Below are positions 23,701 to 35,599 of a stretch of DNA of 64,000 bases, one piece after another. The position numbers and the translations under genes are program-made. Source of the stretch: Takakia lepidozioides. Taxonomy: Eukaryota > Plantae > Bryophyta. The DNA lies in contig CM060732.1 in NCBI GenBank assembly GCA_030704615.1, positions 61,442,001-61,506,000 of the forward strand. Direction: 5' to 3'. The notes beneath the pieces were generated by a model that was given only the letters and a program-made list of their open reading frames with translations, had not been told where the DNA came from and searched no databases. Within the stretch, counting starts at the first letter, position 1. Every line of letters starts with the position of its first letter.

Positions 23701-26700
23701 CGTCCACCCCTCATCAAGGACATCCTGAAGCTGGAGCCGAGTTTGTTCATGGGTATTTGGATGGATCCGCAGTCTTTTACGTTTCTACAAAGGATTCCAG
23801 AGGCAATGAGCTCCTTGTGGATGAGTCAATCGTGGACTCCTGGGATCCCATTTGGAGACAGGTGAACGAATCCTTTGAACTTCTTCTCTCCAGGAAACCT
23901 TCCACCCAGGCATTCTCAGGGAAGATGTTTCACGTTTGGGATGGCAACCACCGGTTGCTTGCATGGATGGCTGTCATTGGGAGGCTGCACTCACAGGAGG
24001 AAGAGTGGCATTACTCTGTTCGATCGATGGTGCTGGATTGTGACGGGAACATGATGGGTCTTCTGACGGCAATGAATGATGTGAACAGGTTGGTTTCTCA
24101 TTCTACATGTTCCACTTGTGGTTCCGTGGTTCTTTGGTTCCAGTCCTCTGTTGACGGTCCTTGAATTTCATTCTGACTTTCACACATCATTCTGCAGAGG
24201 GACGGAGACATCGCATGTCAAAACGAGTCTGGTTCACACACTGTACAGGATACAAAGGATCGGGCAGATGCCCTTGACCAACTTCAAGACCATCCTTTCA
24301 GCAGAGACGTACAAGAAGTGCGAAAGCTCCAAGACATCAGAAACGTGGTACTCGTTGACCCGTGAGGCTTTCATGGAGTATATGTACGCGGTGAGATACA
24401 TCTTCCATCATCTGGCCTTTCGATATTCCTGCTTCCACATGTTTGTTTCTGTTTGTTTCCCTTGCCCTTGGGTTGATGCAACTCTCGTGCATTCCCTTGC
24501 AGCAAGACATTGCAGATGCAGGAGAGCGTGGCAAACTGGAATACTACAGCTCTACCCCTGAGGAGAGAAGGACAACAAAGGGTGTTGAGAGTCACATCCA
24601 GAAAGAGATGACCGCCACAAGAAGGACTATTATGAGTGCTTTTGTGAAACAACTGAGAATTGCAGACCCAACCTTCGGACCAGAGTTCCTTCAAGAGGTG
24701 AAAAACCATTACAACAAGCCAGGCAAGCCGGAGATGGCCCAGGAGAAGTTACACAGGTTGTCTACTGCCGTTGTGTCTTCAGAACAGAAGGTGAAGTGGC
24801 TACAGATATGGAACTCCGATCCCACTGTTAGGGATACCCACATGTTCCCCAGGCCGGAGAAAGAGAAGAAGACCCAGCGTGTCATTCCTGTCAGTGACAA
24901 TGTGCTGGACACATGGCTTCACAAGGCCACTTACTGGAGCCAGGTATGATGTCCTTTGCTGTGTCACTTTCTTTTCGCTTTTTCTGTCATTTTTTTTCCA
25001 TGTTACATTGGTTGTGATTGTTTTTGTGTTCATTCTTGCTTCTGTATTGGTCTGCAGTTGGAGGAAAGGGCCCGGTCGGTTCTACATACGCAGCTGGCTG
25101 ACTATGGATCACCATGACAGAACCGAAGGTCTCCTTCCAAGCATACATGAGGAAATGGAGAGCCACAGTGTGGCAATCTTGTTTCTTCAGAGAGTTCAGC
25201 AAGGATGCTGGCATCAGTCGAACAAATGAGCTTGACCAGCCAGAGAAAGGAGAGGAAGCCTGGAAACGATGCCTTTACAGGTGCGAAATGGACTGTGCTT
25301 CTTTGTTTTGCATAGACACAATCTCCTCCATCCAACCTGTTTTTGGCTGGCTCATATGAGTTTGTGGTGGAGTGTAATGTGTCGCATACTCTTTTAGGGG
25401 GTCTTCGTGATGGGGTGGAAAAGCTGGGAGACAATATTTGCATTGCATAATGAGGTTGTCTCTGTTCCTGCAGGTACATAAAGTATGTTCTCATGGCAGA
25501 GAACTGCTTGGACAAACATCCTGATTTCGTGGACCTTTGGCTTGTCCCTGCTGGCAACCAGACCATGTTTACTACGGGGATCTTGCATGACTGGGGCCCA
25601 GACCATCTTTCTGCTTGTGGTTGGTATTTGGATTGCCCTGCTTCAGACCCCAGCTCAGGAGGTGTCTTTGAGGAGAGAGAATGAGCGTATAGCAGCTACC
25701 GCCGCAGCAGCCGACCTCGACATTCATGAGAGAAATTTGAGGACTCTTGCAGAGAAGGAGCCTCCCGCTCAGGATACCCGGGTAAAGGTAGAAAGGCAAA
25801 GGGAAAGGATGTTGCTGGTGGTGTGGGGAAAGGAAGGGGTAGGGGGAAGGGGGCACAAGGGCAGGTAGGTGGGCAGGGAAGTGTTGCAGATACTGGCCCT
25901 CTGGTGGTTGTCCAGCAGACTCCACCGCATGGTAGGGGATCCGGGAGAAAGAACAAGGGGGTGGTTGATCCCAAGGACCCGTACCATGCAGTGGAGCATC
26001 CCACGAGGGTCATTCGCCCTACCAGGTTGGAGATGGCCAACGTCGGGTTCCTTGCCATGATGGAGTCCAAGAAATCTGATTACAAGGGCGAACCATCACC
26101 AGTGTGGGAGAGGATTGTGGAGTTCCTCGGCACGGTGCGTGTTGTCTTTTGCTTCTTGTCTGTTGTGTGCATGGATCGTTTCAATCCTCTTGAGCATTCC
26201 ATTGCATGCTTGTTTGCAGGCTAAAATGACCAAATCCTGGGTGAACGGGAAGGAGAAGCCATATGCAGCCGAACTCATCATCTTGGACATCCCTGATGGG
26301 TTGCCAGTCCCGGATGTCCCTCCATCGGGTGCTTGTCTAGGTTGGAATGCTTTTGATGAGCGCTACTGGCGGTGGATTTTCTCCTTTTGCAATTTCTTTC
26401 TGTCCGATGCAGGTGTTTTGGTGCTCATCCAGTCCATCGACCTTCGCTGTCGCCGTGCACTTGCCAGCTATTTGAAAGCCTCCGGTATGAGGGTCGTGAA
26501 GACATGGAATTGTGAAAAACATGTACCTGACGAAGGGGATCGTATGGGCCTTCTTAGCCGTCATTAGGGAGTTCGCCATCACTCATGGGGGCAAGTTCAT
26601 AGACGAGAGGACAGATCCTCCCACGGATGACATGCACCACAACTACGTGGACACAACGTGTGCTTGCGAAGGGGAATGGGGTTCCTTGGAGAGGGGCCAG

Positions 26701-27480
26701 GGAGAGGAGCCCGACTTTCATTCAAACGATTGTGGAGTGCTGCACCTACACAGACGCCAGAGTTCTGGATTTGTCAATGGGCACAGGTTCGTCTCTTCAA
26801 CATTCACATTTCGTGAGGTTTGTTTGACCTTGCACTTTCAGCTCTTCCCACCGTTCCAAATGTGTCTTCAATGTCTGTTTCCTTCATTGTATTCCACTGC
26901 AGGTGCCTCGTACCACGCTTGCAAGGCCAGTGCGCGACATCTCTTTGGGATTGAAGGGGATGCCGAGATTTACAAGAACCTCCTGATGGGTTTGGGTGGA
27001 CACACTTCTCAAGTCCTCCTTCCAAGTACCCACTGATATTGATACAGGGGAGACTTCCGACAAGGAGCTGGATGACGACTTTGCCTGTGAGTAAGTTCAA
27101 CCTGTGGATGCTTGCATTGTTGTTTCAATACCCAGAATCACTGTTCTTAAGGCAAAGTGCACATGGGAGATATCCTCTTCGTTGGACTTGTGCATTGCAT
27201 CATTGTGTTCAAAATTGGTTTTTGTCCACTTGTGCAGGAGTCCGCGTGCTTCCACTGACCCTCCAGGGCTATCACATGTTTTTGGACTTCTTTCAAGTCC
27301 TCCTCAGTCTTACGTCCTACCTGTCTATGCGGAGGCACTCGCAGCAAGCATGTCCATTCATGGCACTCGCAGTCCAACCATCGACGGCCGTGGTAGAAGA
27401 CGTGGTGTTGGGGCCGGAATCTTTGTGGATGACATAGCACAGGAGGTCGATACTGATTCTGATGACTGTAACACTTGATA
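20736..27480 (+). CDS. Multi-exon ParB/Srx-like domain + beta-class N6A/N4C DNA-methyltransferase-like fusion gene (transposon cargo; contains frameshifts)
   Basis: Inferred GT-AG exons ~20736-21129 (acidic), 23494-24088 (LKIPLCRLVSMPVVRP...VWDGNHRLLAW), 24198-24391, 24502-24943, 25058-26133, 26220-26787 (ELIILDIPDG; WRGARERSPTFIQTIVECCTYTDARVLDLSMGT), 26903-27087 (GASYHACKASARHLFGIEGD), 27238-27480; motif IV-like before motif I-like = beta order; exon limits approximate. Confidence 0.72.
21200..23445. repeat. Tandem array of 19 ~116-bp units, each with a conserved 36-bp palindrome GCTCAAACAGTGTGCG-N4-CGCACACTGTTTGAGC
   Basis: Palindromes at about 21255, 21371, 21487, 21603, 21720, 21835, 21952, 22067, 22185, 22303, 22419, 22534, 22652, 22767, 22877, 22993, 23108, 23221, 23340; intervening ~80 bp homologous but much more variable. 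Confidence 0.95.
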
Positions 27481-28122
27481 TGAAGTTTTCTTTTGCTTTC
27501 ATTCGGGGCCAATTTTGAAATGGGATGGTTGTGTGTCCTTGTTGTCATGTTTGCAATGTGTGCGTGGGATGCAAATTCATGGGAACAAACTATCGTTGGA
27601 GATGGGGGTTGCATGGACTGCCCGCATTGTTCCTTCAATCTATTTAGTGTTTTGCGGAGCTCACAAGCTTGTGTGCATTGCAAAAACAAACAAACGTCTT
27701 TGGTTCGGGTAGAGCATTCTCGCATCATTTGCTCGTTGGTCTCCAAACCATTCCTGCTAGAAGAATGCTTGGTAAATCCATCATGATAAAGTCCACGTGA
27801 TCAAAGAGCGTTCAGGCATTCTCAATTCTGGTGAGCATCCATGATGCTCCCGCACATACCTGGCATGTTCGCAAGGGTGGTGAGTAAGAAAAGATTTCGC
27901 AGGGATCCGCTTTGGATGATCAGAGTGTGCACCTGCTCACGACGTAGGCACATTCCAATGCAGGGGCTTGGTATGTTGATAACGTCTAAATGGATGCAAT
28001 GGATAGAGAGGATGGATACAATGGATGTAACACATCCAGTCTACATTCCCTGGAAATGGCTGATCAACCCGCGGTAATAGGTGACACCCACGGAAATAGG
28101 CCCTGTATGCATGCTGACGTGG

Positions 28123-28168
28123 CGTGAGCCTGTGCTAGGATCACGGTTTCCTGGGCTCATAGAATAGC
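28123..28168 (+). mobile_element. Terminal repeat (end 2) of the MULE/ParB-MTase element
   Basis: CGTGAGCC..TCACGG..CTGGGCTCATAGAATAGC; the Gypsy frame resumes immediately after (TPATEALPEF...MRIVEE). Confidence 0.7.
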
Positions 28169-30110
28169 ACCCCCGCAACTGAGGCACTTCCAGAGTTCAA
28201 ATCACTAATTGAGCTCTTCTCGATATCCGCCAAACAGGTTGGTCTGCAGGAACCAGAGATTCCTCAGGAGGAGAACGGCGAGATCATTGACATGCGAATT
28301 GTAGAGGAGGCCGACCTTGAAAAGGATGTGATGAAACATAGTGCCCCCTACATTTCATATTTACAGGGTCAAACGTATCAAGGTTTGAACCAGGATCAAC
28401 CTTCACAGCCGAGCCAACAACGCAATTGGTCGATATGGCGGTGGGGAGAATCGCCCAAGATGGTGAATGTTGGATCCCATTTGATAGTAGAACAGGCGGC
28501 AGAGTACCAGGCCTTGTTCAAATAATTTAGAAACATCTTCGCGTGGTCCTACACCGAGTTGAAGGGGGTGCCCTCTTATGTGGCCATGCACTCATTCCCC
28601 TTATTCCGGGAGCTACACCACGACGGCAGGGAGAAAGGAGGGTGAATCCCAATCTGGCCCTTCTCATCAAAGCAGAAATAAAAAAACTGCTAGCCGCAGA
28701 GTTTATCTTTTCAGTGGAGACATCAACTTGGGTGTCCCCCATGGTGATCGTTCGGAAAAAGAACGGAGGATTAAGGGTATGCGTGGACTTCCGCCCCCTT
28801 AACAAGGTAACGCACAAAGATCATTTTCCCTTGCCGTTTATAGACACATTAGTGGAAGAAGTAGCAGGGAAGGAACTTTACTCTTTCATGAATGGATTCT
28901 CGGGCTACAATCAAGTGTTGATCGACCCGAAAGATGTGCTGAAGACCACATTCACCTCACCCTGGGGAACATTTGCCTACACAAGGATGCCCTTTGGCTT
29001 GTGCAATGCACCCCTGACATTTCAGAGGGTCATGACGTATGCTTTCTCGGACATTGTGAGAAAGAATCTAGTCATTTTCTTAGATGACTTTTGTTGCAAC
29101 GGGGACGCGAAGGATCACGTTGTGGCACTACAAGAATGCTTCACCCGGTGCAGAGAAAATGAGATATCTCTCAATCCAATGAAGTGCATATTTGCAGTCA
29201 CACATGGAGTGCTACTGGGACACATAGTGTCTAGAGGGTGTGTGGCGACAGACCTAGCAAAAGTAAGCGCCATCGTTGAACTTCCCGCACCAGAGACGTC
29301 GTCCAAAGTGAAGGGATTCCTTGGCCACACAGGGTGGTATAGGAAATTTATGGACAAGTATGCAGCAGAGGCATTACCTCTGACTCGACTATTGAAAAAG
29401 AACTAGGTATTCTCTGGGATGCAGGGTGTCAGGAGTCTTTTGAAATGCTCAAGGAACGGTTGGTGTCTACACCAGTCTTGGCAGCTCCGGATTGGAACAC
29501 GCCTTTTCATGTTTATGTTGATGCTTCAGCAGTGGCAGTAGGATGTGCCATTTGCCAACCGGACACTGATGACCATGATCATTCGATATCTTTTGCCAGT
29601 CGACAGCTGACATTCGCTGAGACTAGGTACAGCACCACGGAGCGAGAGGCTCTGGGAATGATTTTTGTCGTAAAGAAGTATCGACATTATTTATTGGAGA
29701 CCCCATTTATATTTTTTGTTGATCACATGGCATTGCGATACTTGATCAACAAACCTGACCTGACAGGGAGAATAGCAAGATGGAAGATTTTATTTCAGGA
29801 GTTCGACTACAAGGTAGTCTACAAACCGGGAAGGCTGAACGCCCAGGCCGACCATCTCTTGCGGTTGTCAGAGAAGATAGGGGACGAGCCTATTGACGAT
29901 GATTTTCCGGATGCATTCTTATTCTCGATTGAGACGGTTCCTCCTTAGTACGAGCACATTGCTCAGTATCTTAGCACCCTAAAATTTCCACCAGGAATGG
30001 ATCGACACGCACGAAGACGACTTCGATTGTGCACTATGAAGTTTGCCCTTGTGGGAGGGCAACTTTATAGGAGGGGATTGGATGGACTCTTGAGGCGATG
30101 CGTCACTAGT
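28169..30110 (+). mobile_element. Ty3/Gypsy pol fragment: RT, RNase H and start of the integrase Zn region
   Basis: WVSPMVIVRKKNGGLRVCVDFRPLN, FSGYNQV, MPFGLCNAP, IFLDDF; RNase H VDASAVAVG...YSTTEREALG; cut at GLLRRCV. Confidence 0.93.
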
Positions 30111-30235
30111 TGTAGAGCAGTGGTTGTTGCTCCCTCACATGAGTGAAGGATGTTCGGCACAGGCCCAGAAGGGTCTGTGACCTTTTAGCATTAGGATTAG
30201 CATATGTTGATTCGTCTATTACCAAAGTGTGGTCC

Positions 30236-31125
30236 TGTCGCGCGGCTTTTACTCACCCATCCCTTCGCTATCCGAGGCGGAAACTCCAAGATAGAAGAGT
30301 TGGAAATCTCTAAGTACTCAGCCCGCGCAGAACAATCAGTCATGACCTACAGCTAGTGTATCATGGGGGTGTTTCCTATTTGTTTCCCTTTTGGCATTCA
30401 TGTTAGCTACCTTACCATTGATAATTAAGTATCAGTTTGCTTCATCAATCTATTGGATTCCATCAACTCATCCATTCATTCCACAGCTTCACTCAGATCT
30501 CTCTACACAGTGTGATTGTATCGTATAAGTATCAGATTATGATTTATCAGGTATCAGGCCGAAGCCATTGTGTCTCTAATCTGCTCTACAATATCACTAC
30601 AGCTTTGCATATACAAGCATCTACTAATCCTCTTTCCTCCTTCACCGTGCTCTCCATCTTTGCTTCCGATCCTCTCCCCGCCCATCTCCTCTCTCCCCTT
30701 CCTCCTCCCCTCTTCCCCCGTGGTTCTAACCGTTTCCCTCACTAACCGTCGTCCGTGAACTAACATGTTCCCTTTGCAGGTGTTGTTCCCCACAGTCGTT
30801 CCCTGTCCTGCTCTCCGTTCCCTATGGTCGTGACAGCTGTGTCAATGTGACTGGCTGTGTGAAACTGTGACGGGCTGTGACTGGCTGTGCGACTGTGTTG
30901 GCTGTGTCGGGCTGTGACTGGCTGTGTGGCTGTGTCTGCTGTGACGACTGTGACGGGCTGTGTTGGCTGTGTCGGCTGTGACTGTGACTGTGACGGGCTG
31001 TGTAACCCCCCTCTACAGTGCGCTGCTGTCACCCCTAAGGCTCCTGTTGGTCTCAGTCTGTGCAAAAATTAAGGGTACCCTACAGATCCCGTATAAGTGT
31101 CTAAGTCCCAGACAGTCCTCTAACA
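30236..31125 (-). repeat. 3' LTR (~890 bp)
   Basis: Near-identical to 42280-43172; preceded on the minus strand by PPT TTTTTGAGGGGGAAGGGGTAA. Confidence 0.95.
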
Positions 31126-31155
31126 TTACCCCTTCCCCCTCAAAAAGCCGTGTCC

Positions 31156-34100
31156 TCACGGTTTACTGATTGCGATTAGCAAACCTTTGTGAGTGAGCAC
31201 CTTTCTGACGTTGAGAGTTTCGTGGCGGACTGTGTGTACGAGCCCGAGGTCTGTCTCTGGTTGACGGAGATGGTTGACACTACCTGGATAAGTGAGGCCC
31301 TCTGGAGGCTGATATCGAGGTAACCTTTCAGGCATAGGAGACCCCCGTCGCTTCTTCTCTGCCATCTGAATTGCATAGTCTTCTCCCATGTCAAAAGAAT
31401 TCGGTGAAGAAACAGTTGTATCAGAATCCTCATCGCCTCTCAGGTGTTTTAATTTTCGAACTTTTTGTGGAATCCTCTGGGGCATACAATGTTGTCCTAC
31501 CATGTCTGGAAGTTTATATTTTACAACTTGTGTAACCGCTGAACAGCAAAATTGGTGTAGACACTGAGCTCCTTGTCTGTCCAGGTGAGTGGGGTACCAA
31601 TTACTGGTGCAGCGTGCAAGTATTTCCATGCCACATGTCCCTTATAGAAAATATCATCAATGCCGAATTTCTGTGTTGACAAATTGTTCCAGGCCGCTTG
31701 AAACCATGAACGAATTTGAGAATCCTTTTGCATCATAACTTTTGTCATATAGGTACATATGAGGTGGCACCGAAGGTAATACCCAATGATCCCCACTGGA
31801 ATAACTCAGAAAGCGCGCTTGCATCTTTTGTTGCTCAATGTGATAACGTACCAGAAAACAAGCAGCGTAGTATAACCCGCATCCCATGACAATACTTGCT
31901 ACCTCCTTGGTCTTGGTATAAATGATCCATGTACAACCTGGAAAGCAATTAATTCCCTCAACATGGTACCTGCCTCGTGCCAGTATTGTGCAAAGTGATG
32001 ATCCTCAATATGTCGATTGTTCGGAAGAACTTTAGTCCTAGTTGCCACTGGCAGCCAAATACGCATGATTTGGTAGTAATGTGCGAATGACTGCGGAGGA
32101 CTAAATTCTTTCCAAGCCAAATCCAACATGATGGGAATTTGGTTGAAGGGCATAATCATAGCCCTACTGTACTCCCTTGCAGCTGGAGTTTTAGGTGGGT
32201 TAAAAGCAGCATTGCCCCATACCTCAGGCTGTGGTGGCTGTGGTGTGGTTGTAGTAACAACAGGTTCAGCTACTGGTACAGTGACTTGTTGTGGTGTTGG
32301 TGGTACTGGCTCTTGTATCATTGGCATCTCCTGCACCTCCTGTGAAGACTGAAAAGCCAAAGTTCTGGCTTGTAAATAAGAAGCCATTAGCTGTTCCTGA
32401 GGGATATAGACTCTTTTGTCGATGTTTGAAGTGAGGTCCTCCACTTGAGTCTGCAGTCCGTCTACATCCTCCTGTAACTCTGCTATCCTACTATAGACAT
32501 TGTCTATAGTAGTTGTGGCAATGTTCTGCACTTGCAGTCTGAGCTCATTCATCTCGCTTTGGGTGAGCTTTCGTGGTGCTTTGCCCTCCACTGGCCCTTG
32601 TGCTAACCAGACCTGCATAAGGCTGTTATCCACCAAGTTGCTTGTGGTTCCCCTGAGAGTTGCTCCTCTCTTAGCTTGTACACTTCTAACTGCTGTTGTA
32701 AAGCCTCCATGCGCTTCGCATGAGGTTCAACCAAATTCGCATAAGCAGCAAGTAGATTATTGGCTTCCTTCCAAGCCTTGTTATTGACCGCGATTTCATT
32801 TCTATTGGCCATGATCGTTTGTTGCAACTCCACGATGTGCTTCTCTTGATCAGCTTCAATCTGCCTGTATTGCTTGAAAGTATCCTCATTGCGACAGATT
32901 GTATTCTTCATATCGACAATGAGTTTCATTTGCTCAACATTCTCTTCTTCTGCCTTCGTACATTTTTCCGCTTGACTGTTTATTTCTTTTGTAGATTGGT
33001 CAAGCATAGTTGTGAATGTAGCACATTGTATCGCCATCCTGTCATGCACTGTCTGCAACTCCGTATGTAGTGCATTCACTTCTTGCAACTTGCTTTCATG
33101 CTGCACCTGCATTTGGTATAGCTGTTGCTTATGTGCTCGTGCAACTGGTCTTGCGCGAGGCCTGCCTCAATCAATTGTTCCTTGGCCAATTGCAAAGCCG
33201 CTTCTGTATTTCCCAAGTCCTGCTGCATCTTGAGAGTGACCTCTTCATCGACCTTGTTTGCACACTCAGTGGCTAGTCGAGCCTCAAACTCCTTCCTGAG
33301 TTCCTCTCTCAAGGCTGTCAATTGGGTAGTTGGAACATGGGATTTGACATAAGTCCCCAACAAATTAAGTGTCCTGCCTATGGAACTCATCAGCATTGCC
33401 TGTTGAGGGTCATCATGGTGAGGTTGCTGCTGTTCCTCCTGATCCTCAACAGTGTGATGTCTCACGAACCACTCAGGCCATTGTCCCACCGGATTTTCTT
33501 CCTGAACCACTTCATCTATCACCGGTGCTACACGTGTCATGACCTTCTGCCTGTGGTACCCTCCGACACAGGTGTGTGTATTATATGCACCTCAAGGATT
33601 TCCCTTGGGCAACTTGTTGCACCTCTGGAATCTCTGTCTCCTTGACCAGACCAGAATATTCATAGAGAAGGTCCCCCTTCTCCATTTCTGCCACTATCTG
33701 TTCTGTAGTTGGAATATCTAACCCTTCTCTTTTCCAAATCAATTATTTCTGGTTGAGCTGCATGGACAACTGTAACCTTGTGACAAGCCGATCAGCTGGC
33801 TGTGATGGTTGTGATACTGAAGTAACTTCCTCCTCCCTCTCTCTGAAGGTCCTGCTTCCAGTAATAGCATTTTCTCTGTGCTGCTGTGCCCCTTCCTGCA
33901 CATGAGCTTGGGAAACATTATCATGCGGAATCCGTGAAGCCAGTGGATCCGCCACTACAGTCCTTTCCCGTCTCTGCCTCTTAGTCTCGGGTTGCCTGCT
34001 AGTCCACCCTCACTGTGTGAAGAGCCTTGCTCTTCCATTGCAGTGGTTTCTGGCTCAAACACTCCAATCTTCCTTTTTTTCTTGCGCATCAAGTATGCCA

Positions 34101-34570
34101 GAATCAAGAATTATTTGAGCAATGATTGGGCCAGACACTATGATAGGAGACTTTGCGGTAGTACCTTGTAATCTTTTCATCTCCTCTACCAGTGCGTTGT
34201 ACATTATGTCCGCCCATTCTACCTCTTGTCCCTTCAGGGCTTTGAGTATTTCCTCCGTGAAGGATCTGCTCAAATACTGTTGGTTCTGTTTCATGGCAAT
34301 CCAGAACGTTCAATACCTGGCCTACCTCCTTTAGCCCTGGGTACACGGCCTTGGTACAAGCATACCCCTGAGTTTTAAAGAAACTCCCTTCTTGGAATAA
34401 GTCCCCTATTTGCAGTCTTGCCCTGTGTTCCTCCACATGCACCTGACCTGCTGGCAATCGAAACAATTGCTGGAGGTATAGGGGAGTAATTCTAATTCAA
34501 CTCCCTTCACCGTTGTTGTTCCTGTCCTTGGCTCAAAGTTCTGCAAAAATTGTAACATGTACTGTCTATG
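31156..34570 (-). CDS. Extra 3' sense-strand coding region of the LTR element (coiled-coil middle, unknown globular ends), split by frameshifts
   Basis: Overlapping ORFs 34104-34466, 34055-34294, 33076-33540, 32603-33112, 31899-32636, 31521-31796, 31156-31629 with protein-like, Q/E/K-rich heptad composition. Confidence 0.6.
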
Positions 34571-35599
34571 GTGTATGTCCAATCTATGCTTTGCAATCCT
34601 TGCAATCTCAGCTCCTTCAGTATCTGTATCGCCTGTGGGGTAGCAATCGTTTGTTTCTGCAGAATTGTGGTGCTCTTCACCTGATTTCCTCCATTCCTCT
34701 CACTCTCTTCATTTTAGACCACAGAAATGTTTTGGCTGTAACAACTGCAGAAATGCCTGTAGTGCACAAAGCATAAACGTATGGTTGCCACAAAGCTATG
34801 GGTAATTTCTTGTAAGCCTGCGGGCTTGCAAGCATCGCTCAAGAGAAAAGCTCCGCTCTGTCTTTCGTGTCTATGCCACTGCGTAAGTAATATTGCGAGC
34901 GTATAGTCTGTTAGTTCCTCCATAGTTTCCAAGCTATAGCATTGATGGTCTGTCCCGTCGAGACGCCCGTTACTCAGAACGACGCCGCCTCTTGCGCTTA
35001 ATTTCCCTCCATTTTCTTGATCCTTTCTCTCTGGTTTTCTATTGGCTGTATCCGCTGTGACTGGATTTTAGATTTTATTTCTTTAGTGGACTTTCCCTGC
35101 TGGATAGTCCACTAGGATCACACATTGACAAGAATTTCGCTTTTCTGTACTTGCCGTTCGTTCCGTTTCCCTTTTTTCCGTATTCATTAATGGGCCCGCC
35201 TTTCATCCCTTTGACGGCCGTTCTTGTCCTCTTTCTTTATGACACCTGTTCTTGCACTTCCTTCTCAGCTGTGTGTCGCGCCCTGACTTCCACGTGTCTA
35301 TTTTTAAACTGTTTCCGTTTCTTTCGTCAGCCATTTTCCTGAAGTTATTATGCGTCCACCTGTCACTGATTCTATGGATCGTGTAACTTAGTAGGCTGTG
35401 TTGAGCTGTGACAGGCTGTGTCATACTGTGGTACGCTGTGATAGGCTGTGATGCACTGTGGTGTGATAGGCTGTGATGCCTGTGTGTAGGTTGTGATAGG
35501 CTGTGTTGCGCCGTGCTGGCTGTGATAGGCTGTGTCACGTCGTGATGGGCTGTGATAGGCTGTGTTCGCCTGATGGGCTGTGATAGGCTGTGTCACGCT

